A program made the translations under genes and the position numbers. From Methanobacteriota archaeon (GTDB taxonomy: Archaea > Thermoplasmatota > Thermoplasmata > RBG-16-68-12 > JAFNFQ01): a DNA stretch of 24,000 nt. A model generated the notes under the pieces. That model was not told the origin of the DNA. It did no database searches and was given only the letters and a program-made list of their open reading frames with translations. Below, piece after piece: positions 7,727 through 12,715 of the stretch. Location of the stretch: the NCBI GenBank assembly GCA_017885655.1, contig JAFNFQ010000029.1:2061-26060 (forward strand). The letters are read 5' to 3'. Within the stretch, counting starts at the first letter, position 1; every line of letters begins with the position of its first letter.

Positions 7727-8079
7727 CCTGTCGTGCAGATCGCCGGGTCTGACAACTCAGATGCGATTCCGTCATTGTAGACCGCTTTCACGGCGAAATT
7801 GTATAATGTCATGCTCACCAGACCGGAAACGGTGTAATACGTTACCGTCACCAGATTCTGATTCGCTTTGACATAGTCTGGGTCACCGGGAGCTTTCTTA
7901 TAGATGTTGTATCCCGTGAGGTTGGCATCCAAGACTGCCTCCCAGGAGACTTGGGCCGAGTTGGAAGAGCAGGCCGCATTTACTGACTTCGGTCTGATGT
8001 GACCTGTCTCCGATTCACCCATGACCATTCCGGCCATCATCACGCACGCAAGCACCACCACGAATGTTTTCGGAATCAT
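7723..8079 (-). CDS. Secreted single-FN3-domain protein (118 aa)
   Basis: The signal peptide is MIPKTFVVVLACVMMAGMVMG. An FN3-like pattern follows: AQVSWEAV, LTGYNIYKK, TYYTVSGL, LYNFAVKAVY. GGTGA lies 5 nt upstream of the ATG. Its stop overlaps the STAND gene's stop within CTAG (7723-7726). Confidence 0.7.
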   Translation of the reverse strand: MIPKTFVVVLACVMMAGMVMGESETGHIRPKSVNAACSSNSAQVSWEAVLDANLTGYNIYKKAPGDPDYVKANQNLVTVTYYTVSGLVSMTLYNFAVKAVYNDGIASELSDPAICTTG

Positions 8080-8112
8080 GGCTCACCTGCGTCGATAGGC
8101 TTGGTGCGGTGT

Positions 8113-8138
8113 GATTAAAGCGCCGTGGACATGTCCAT
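8113..8138 (-). promoter_or_regulatory. TATA-like box plus palindrome GTGGACATGTCCAt (operator candidate) of the FN3 gene
   Basis: On the gene strand the order is aTGGACATGTCCAC (complement of 8125-8138), then GGCG, then CTTTAATC (8113-8120), then ~33 nt including GGTGA, then ATG 8079. 13 of 14 positions are identical to the 4556-4569 palindrome. Confidence 0.55.
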
Positions 8139-8336
8139 ATGTCCGAACTGACTGGTTTCCCCCCATGCGTGTCGGGTCCGCCGCGCGTCAGAATCACCGC
8201 GCTCGGTGACACTCCTACCACTCTTCGTGCAACTTTGCGCACATTGAGGCTCCTCAAGAGAACTCGTTAATCATTGTCAGGCGTCCGCCGAATCCTGTCC
8301 ATGTGTGCAGTTCTCGCAAGATAGCAGCCGCCGCCT

Positions 8337-8879
8337 TTGCCACATCCTCTGAGGTTTCCTTCAGCTTGGACCGCCACGGACTCCGGCTGCGGTGTGAACG
8401 TCACGATGTACAGGATAGACGGCGGGAGCTGGACGGTCTACACAGGCGGCTTCACCCTTGCCGAGGGGGAGCACACCATATTCTACTACTCGATCGACAA
8501 CCTGGGCAACGTCGAGCAGGAGAGGTCGCTGGCCGTCAGGCCGACGACTGAAGTGGCGGTGAACTACAAGCCGATGATGGCGCTGTTGTTCGCTGTCATC
8601 CTGCTCGTGGCGGGAGTATGGTCGTCCAAGAAGAGACCATGGAAAGGCGGGAAGGAAAAGAAATCGGTATTAAAGGCCTTCGTTCTCACGTCGTTGCCCT
8701 TCGTTCTTGTCGAGGCCGCCACGGGCATCCTCTCCCTCCCGTTCGAGCCTCTCAGGATCCCGCCTCTGGTCGGTTGGGGCGCGGGCGTGGACTGCACCAT
8801 ATTGGCGGCTGGCCTCCTCTTCCTTGTCGATAGGTTGGTTTGGAAACATGAAAGCAAGGTCGAGCAATCTCCCAGCTGA
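8337..8879 (+). CDS. Membrane-anchored Ig-like-domain protein, probably the C-terminal remnant of a larger surface protein
   Basis: WTATDSGCGVNVTMYRIDGGSWTVYTGGFTLAEGEHTIFYYSIDNLGNVEQE is a bacterial/archaeal Ig-like surface-domain pattern (..D.SGV....Y.IDGG.W..Y). Three hydrophobic helices follow. There is no signal peptide. The only starts are TTG 8337 and ATG 8406, which falls inside the domain. An in-frame TAG lies at 8322. Confidence 0.45.
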   Translation: MPHPLRFPSAWTATDSGCGVNVTMYRIDGGSWTVYTGGFTLAEGEHTIFYYSIDNLGNVEQERSLAVRPTTEVAVNYKPMMALLFAVILLVAGVWSSKKRPWKGGKEKKSVLKAFVLTSLPFVLVEAATGILSLPFEPLRIPPLVGWGAGVDCTILAAGLLFLVDRLVWKHESKVEQSPS

Positions 8880-8880
8880 G

Positions 8881-8973
8881 CCGCAATCTACTTCAGCAGG
8901 TTCGCGATAGGGTTGCACAAGCATCCCTCCACAACAAGGCCGTCCTCTTTGATTATGGACGGCCATATTTTTT
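8881..8973 (+). repeat. Copy B of the ~92-nt intergenic element (possible small RNA or terminator module)
   Basis: It starts 2 nt after the stop of the 8337-8879 ORF. It has the 16-mer CCGCAATCTACTTCAG and the core AAGCATCCCTCCACAAC (8919-8935). A perfect 8-bp hairpin pairs GGCCGTCC (8938-8945) with GGACGGCC (8957-8964) around an 11-nt loop, followed by TTTTTT (8968-8973). Confidence 0.6.
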
Positions 8974-9110
8974 CATATTCGTGCTGGGCCTGTCTGCCGA
9001 TTGTTAACAGGCGTGGATGTGCAGCTATCAACGCCCACAGACCTGCAGTGGCAACCCCCTCTGGATTCCTCTCCGCAGGAGCGACAGCACACGCACCGAC
9101 AACAGAAACC

Positions 9111-9118
9111 CTAAATAG
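9111..9118 (+). promoter_or_regulatory. TATA-like box (CTAAATAG) of the Ubl-E2-E1-JAMM operon
   Basis: It is an AT-rich box 31-38 nt upstream of ATG 9149, preceded by purine-rich AGAAACC (BRE-like). The same CTAAATAG box precedes the 16510 gene at 16467-16474. Confidence 0.4.
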
Positions 9119-9148
9119 CGCGCTCAACATGGCAAACTCAGGTGTCTC

Positions 9149-9394
9149 ATGCCCCAAGTCGTGCTGCGTTTTGTCTTCATAAGTGAAGCGGAAAAGCCCG
9201 TGGTCACCCTCAAGGTCCCCGACGACATGCTCTTCCAGGAAGCCTTCGTCCTGGCCGCGAAGAGGCAGAACAAGGATGCGACGGTGCTCAGCGCGACCTT
9301 CCCCGGCGGCTCGCCGATCCCAGGCGGCACGGTGAAGGAGATTGCGGAGAGGAGCACCAACATCCACGTGATAGATCCCTCGATCGTCGGGTGA
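9149..9394 (+). CDS. UFM1-like ubiquitin-fold modifier (81 aa) ending in ...VG-stop
   Basis: MPQVVLRFVFISEAEKPVVTLKVPDDMLFQEAFVLAAKRQ...TNIHVIDPSIVG can be compared with human UFM1 as recalled: [40 protein letters not shown]...SELRIIPRDRVG(SC). Length is the same to within 2 residues. The VP..F....AA block and the terminal I.P/D...VG are shared. The gene lies directly upstream of the E2 and E1 genes. Confidence 0.75.
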   Translation: MPQVVLRFVFISEAEKPVVTLKVPDDMLFQEAFVLAAKRQNKDATVLSATFPGGSPIPGGTVKEIAERSTNIHVIDPSIVG

Positions 9395-9397
9395 GGC

Positions 9398-9868
9398 ATG
9401 GCCAAGGAAGACGACCTCTTCTACTTTCTCCAGTGCGCGACAGTCGCCTCGCCGCGAGACGATTCTTGGCTCTTGCGGGCGAAGGAGGAGAGGTACGCCC
9501 TCAGGAGGTTCGAGGAGTACCTGAGGTTTCTGGAAGGCGGGAAGTGGTTCAGCCTCAGCCCGACCGGGGACAAGGCGACTAGCTGGACCGGCACGGTATT
9601 CGACGGCCCGCACTCCTGGGACATAGAGCTCGTCCTGAAGGACGCCTATCCCCAGACGCCTCCCGCCTGCCGCATCCCCGAGCTGATGAACTACACCGAC
9701 CGCAAGGTGGACGACGGTGTGCTCGGGCTGAGGCTCTGCGACATGCACATGGAGCAGAACTACTGGTGGGACGACTACTGCAGCATCGCGCTCTACCTGA
9801 AGAGGGAAGTCTCTTACTGGGTGCAGAGCGTGGTCAAGGACATGAGGGGGAAGGGATGGCTTGACTGA
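9398..9868 (+). CDS. UFC1-like E2 (Ubl-conjugating enzyme fold), 156 aa
   Basis: SPRDDSWLLRAKEERYALRRF, WDIELVLKDAYPQTPPACRIPEL and LRLCDMHMEQNYW correspond to human UFC1 [45 protein letters not shown] and KICLTDHFKPLW. There is no HPN motif, as in UFC1. The candidate catalytic residue is Cys114 (nt 9737-9739). The ATG lies 3 nt after the Ubl stop, with GGTGAGG overlapping that stop. Confidence 0.7.
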   Translation: MAKEDDLFYFLQCATVASPRDDSWLLRAKEERYALRRFEEYLRFLEGGKWFSLSPTGDKATSWTGTVFDGPHSWDIELVLKDAYPQTPPACRIPELMNYTDRKVDDGVLGLRLCDMHMEQNYWWDDYCSIALYLKREVSYWVQSVVKDMRGKGWLD

Positions 9869-10616
9869 GCGATACGCGCGTCTCAAGATATTCCCGTTCG
9901 CGGACTTCTCGAAGCTGAAGGAGAAGAAGGTGACCGTCGTCGGCGTCGGCGGCCTCGGCGCGACCTGCGCGGAGATCATGACGCGCTGCGGCGTCGGGCG
10001 CCTGACAATCTTCGACTTCGACAAGCTCGAGGAAGCGAACCTGAACAGGCTGATCTACAGGACTCACCAGGTAGGCATGTTCAAGGTGGACGCGCTCAGG
10101 GAGTACCTCCTCGCGGCGAACTCCGACGTTGAGCTTCTCACCTATCCTAACGACGTCACCGACGGCAAGGGATACGATGCCCTCCTGAAAGAGGCGAGGG
10201 AGTCAGACCTCGTCCTCGGATGCGTCGACTCGTTCCACGTCCGCATATTCCTCAATTCCCTGTGCGTGAGGCTGAAGGTCCCCCTCATCGACGGCGGAGC
10301 CTCCCTTGACGGAATCAACGGTTCGGTGCATTCGATCATCCCCGGCAAGACGCCCTGTTACCGCTGCAACAAGCCCGCCTTGAAGGATGACAGCACAACG
10401 GACCTGAAGAAGGCCGGAGACGGCGCCTGCCACTTCACTTCCCTCCCCACCACCATGGGCATCATCGCGAGCCTGCAATGTCAGGAAGCGCTGAAGTACC
10501 TCCTCGGCTTCGGCAATGTCGCGCCTTACATCCTCTACTATGGCCTGGAGGGGAAGATGCAGAGGTACAACTGGAAACGGGATCCCAAGTGCCCGGTCTG
10601 CGGTGGTGTGAAGTGA
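9861..10616 (+). CDS. UBA5-like E1 (ThiF/MoeB-fold adenylating enzyme), 251 aa
   Basis: Four segments match human UBA5. [43 protein letters not shown] matches [54 protein letters not shown] matches [42 protein letters not shown] matches [38 protein letters not shown] matches NPQCDDRNC. The candidate catalytic residue is Cys190 (nt 10428-10430). The two CxxC pairs form a Zn site. TTG 9861 is the only start upstream of the conserved N-terminus, and it overlaps the E2 gene by 8 nt. Confidence 0.85.
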   Translation: [251 protein letters not shown]

Positions 10617-11572
10617 CGGTCAGCGTGCGCATGCAGCGGAGCGCGTTGCGCAAGATCAACATGCACGTGAACGAGGTCGCGCGGTCGCGAGGCGTCGAGA
10701 CGATCGGCTGGCTCCTCGGCTTCTTCGGGAGGAGCGAGGTCTGGGTCTGCGACTCGGTCCCCTGCACCCGGTACAAGTCGCAGAGCAGGTACGGCGCTCA
10801 TGCGGATGCGAGAGAGGAGGTCGAGCTGGCGATGCAGTACCCCCGGAACGTGGGCATCGTCGGCATCTTCCACAGCCATCCCTTCAGGGGCGAGACGGAG
10901 CACGCGGTGTTCCACAGCGCGACTGATGACAGCACGCTGAAGTCCAGAGCCTCCCGCCACGAGAACTACCTGAGCGTTGTGACGGACGGGACGGACACGG
11001 AGTTCTTCGTGCTCAGGGACGGCGCGCAGCCGGTGAAGCCGGAGATCGTCGAATCGATATCCTACAGGGAGGAGATGAAGTCCTACCGCTGCCCGCTCGC
11101 TTTCAGGCTGAGGCGGGAGACGAGCCTGCCCAGAGTCGACTTCGTGCCCGGCTACCTGGAGCAGGAGATGCTCGCGCTCGTCGAGAGGGACCTGCGGGGC
11201 GATGGCCTCAGGGTCAAGAAGGACTCGAACACGATCGAGGTGCCCGCGCTCCAGGGCGGGGCGGAATCGAACTCCCTGGTCATCACGAAGACCGGCTCGA
11301 CCGCCATGATAGAGCTGGAGATGATCCTGGAACCAATGGTTTTCGTCCGTGGCGGGAACGCGGAGGAGCTGCGCACCGCCGTGAAGAACGAGATACTGGA
11401 CGATGTGGTGTTCCTCCTATGGAACAGCCTCGGCGGCGGGAGTACCTCGCTCGATGGCGTCAAGAGCTTCGAGGCGAACCTCGGCAGCTTCCGCGTGCAC
11501 GAGACGAGCCCACTGCCAAGGAAGATATTCAAGCCGCCCAGGGGATCCGCGGTACTAGTCCGCGAAGGATAG
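10613..11572 (+). CDS. JAMM/MPN+ metalloprotease with ~190-aa C-terminal domain of unknown function (319 aa)
   Basis: The MPN+ signature is present: Glu in VETIGWLLG, then HSHP (nt 10871-10879) ... SATD. Start is GTG 10613, overlapping the E1 stop as GTGA, or ATG 10631. The upstream part of the listed 364-aa ORF overlaps the E1 gene and is rejected. I recognise nothing in the C-terminal half. Confidence 0.8.
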   Translation: MTVSVRMQRSALRKINMHVNEVARSRGVETIGWLLGFFGRSEVWVCDSVPCTRYKSQSRYGAHADAREEVELAMQYPRNVGIVGIFHSHPFRGETEHAVFHSATDDSTLKSRASRHENYLSVVTDGTDTEFFVLRDGAQPVKPEIVESISYREEMKSYRCPLAFRLRRETSLPRVDFVPGYLEQEMLALVERDLRGDGLRVKKDSNTIEVPALQGGAESNSLVITKTGSTAMIELEMILEPMVFVRGGNAEELRTAVKNEILDDVVFLLWNSLGGGSTSLDGVKSFEANLGSFRVHETSPLPRKIFKPPRGSAVLVREG

Positions 11573-11977
11573 CTTCGCCCCGCACTTCGCGCAGAACCTG
11601 TCCTCCTCCTCCACCTCGTTGTTGCACGCCGTGCACTTGAGCACCGCGGGGTTGCCGCACTTCCCGCAGAAGTTGTCGCCCACCTGCATCGGCGTCCCGC
11701 ACTTCCTGCAGATCGCCGCCGGAGGCATGGCGGGCGCGCCCCTCGACCTGCGGTAGCAGTCCCTGCATGTGTACTCGATCACTCCCTTGACCTCGACCTC
11801 CATGTACTTGTCCCTCTCGAGACCGCAGACGGTGCAGAACGGATTGATCTTCTTTGTCGAGAAGTCGACGATGCGCAACTCGGGCTTTGGCGGGACTACG
11901 GGGACTTCTGGGGCCTGTTCTTCGGCCTGCTCCTGAGGTTCCTCCATCTCGCCTTCTTGCTCTTCATCGGGGGGCAT
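11555..11977 (-). CDS. Triple zinc-ribbon protein with acidic N-terminus (140 aa)
   Basis: There are three CxxC...CxxC units: CTVCG...CRDC, CRKCG...CGKCG and CTAC...CAKCG, the last two in double-zinc-ribbon style. The N-terminal 30 aa are Glu/Pro-rich. A TATA-like ATTTTATG (complement of 12005-12012) lies ~30 nt upstream of ATG 11977. The 3' end overlaps the JAMM gene by 18 nt in convergent orientation. Confidence 0.7.
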   Translation of the reverse strand: MPPDEEQEGEMEEPQEQAEEQAPEVPVVPPKPELRIVDFSTKKINPFCTVCGLERDKYMEVEVKGVIEYTCRDCYRRSRGAPAMPPAAICRKCGTPMQVGDNFCGKCGNPAVLKCTACNNEVEEEDRFCAKCGAKLSFAD

Positions 11978-12284
11978 GATGTTACTTTACTACCCCCGCG
12001 CGCACATAAAATACTTTGCCGCATGGATCCAAGTTGGGCTGCAATGAATTCGGTTTCTGCTCTTTCCCGTGCGTAAGGAATGAACGCGGACTCAGACGCT
12101 AGGTGAGTCAAGATGATTGTCCCGAACAGAAAGGACGGCGGCATCGAACGGGGAAGCTTGGAGGGGCGTGCCCAATTTGAGCTTATCTCGCGACAACCGG
12201 CGCGAGCCACCTCAAGGCTGGTGCCGGCCTTCGCACGACCGTGCTGGACTTCCGCTCGTCTGGATCCTGTCTCCGCGCGACCGC

Positions 12285-12347
12285 GCGGAACGTCCGAACA
12301 ACCGTGCGGAACCTCCAATCGTACGCGCGGAACGTCCGGACGGAAGA
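12285..12347 (+). repeat. Three 21-bp-phased GCGGAAC(G/C)TCC units inside a 738-bp non-coding tract
   Basis: GCGGAAC starts at 12285, 12306 and 12327, each step exactly 21 bp. A second phased pair, AAACAGAC(T/G)GCGA, starts at 12540 and 12561. CGCGCGACCG/GCGCGGAAC motifs recur at ~12274 and ~12490. Confidence 0.6.
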
Positions 12348-12715
12348 AACCGCCCTTTTCGACATCAGAGGGGCTGTTCGAGCGGTCGCCGGCAACCGCC
12401 GGACGACTATCCGCGACCTCCGAACGACCGGATTTCGGCCGGTTTCGGCCCAAAAATGCCCGTGACAGCCGCCCGACGCCTCCGCACAGACGCGCGGAAC
12501 CTCCGCGCGACCGAGCGGCGACAGGAACCAGCGCGCCGGAAACAGACTGCGATAGGAAGAAAACAGACGGCGAACCGTCGGCACCGGCGGTCGGTCAGCC
12601 GGGACACGCCATCTGCTGCTCGATTTCCGCCTCCGTGTGGTTTCTCCTCGCCGAGGGCGGGGCGGCGTCCGCGCATGATCATCCAGATAACAGATGGAAT
12701 CTGGTCGGCACTCGA

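Noticed and set aside
8303-8400. Frameshift joining ORF 8303-8551 (frame 2) to ORF 8337-8879 (frame 0)
   Set aside because: It is conceivable from the ..EVSFS / WTATDSG.. reading. Even so, the joined product would still lack a signal peptide and most of a protein. I cannot locate a specific slip site, so this is reported only as a possible remnant.
8888-10024. 378-aa ORF on the minus strand, the longest ORF in this interval
   Set aside because: It runs antisense across the Ubl, E2 and E1 genes, all of which have clear family motifs and operon-style junctions. Its product is Arg/Pro/Val-rich with no recognisable domain. Its 3' end also crosses the non-coding repeat copy B.
9149-10616. Reading the Ubl + E1 pair as a MoaD/ThiS-type sulfur-carrier system or a SAMP/UbaA system
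   Set aside because: The Ubl ends in a single VG rather than GG. A dedicated E2-fold protein with a UFC1-like Cys loop sits between the two genes. No MoaE, ThiG or other sulfur-transfer genes are nearby. The E1 shows segment-by-segment similarity to UBA5, including the Cys-containing SLPTTMG loop.
11562-11578. Hairpin GCGAAG-GATAG-CTTCGC at the convergent JAMM / zinc-ribbon junction, as a bidirectional terminator
   Set aside because: The 6-bp stem lies inside both coding regions and has no flanking oligo-T on either strand. It is not distinguishable from chance.
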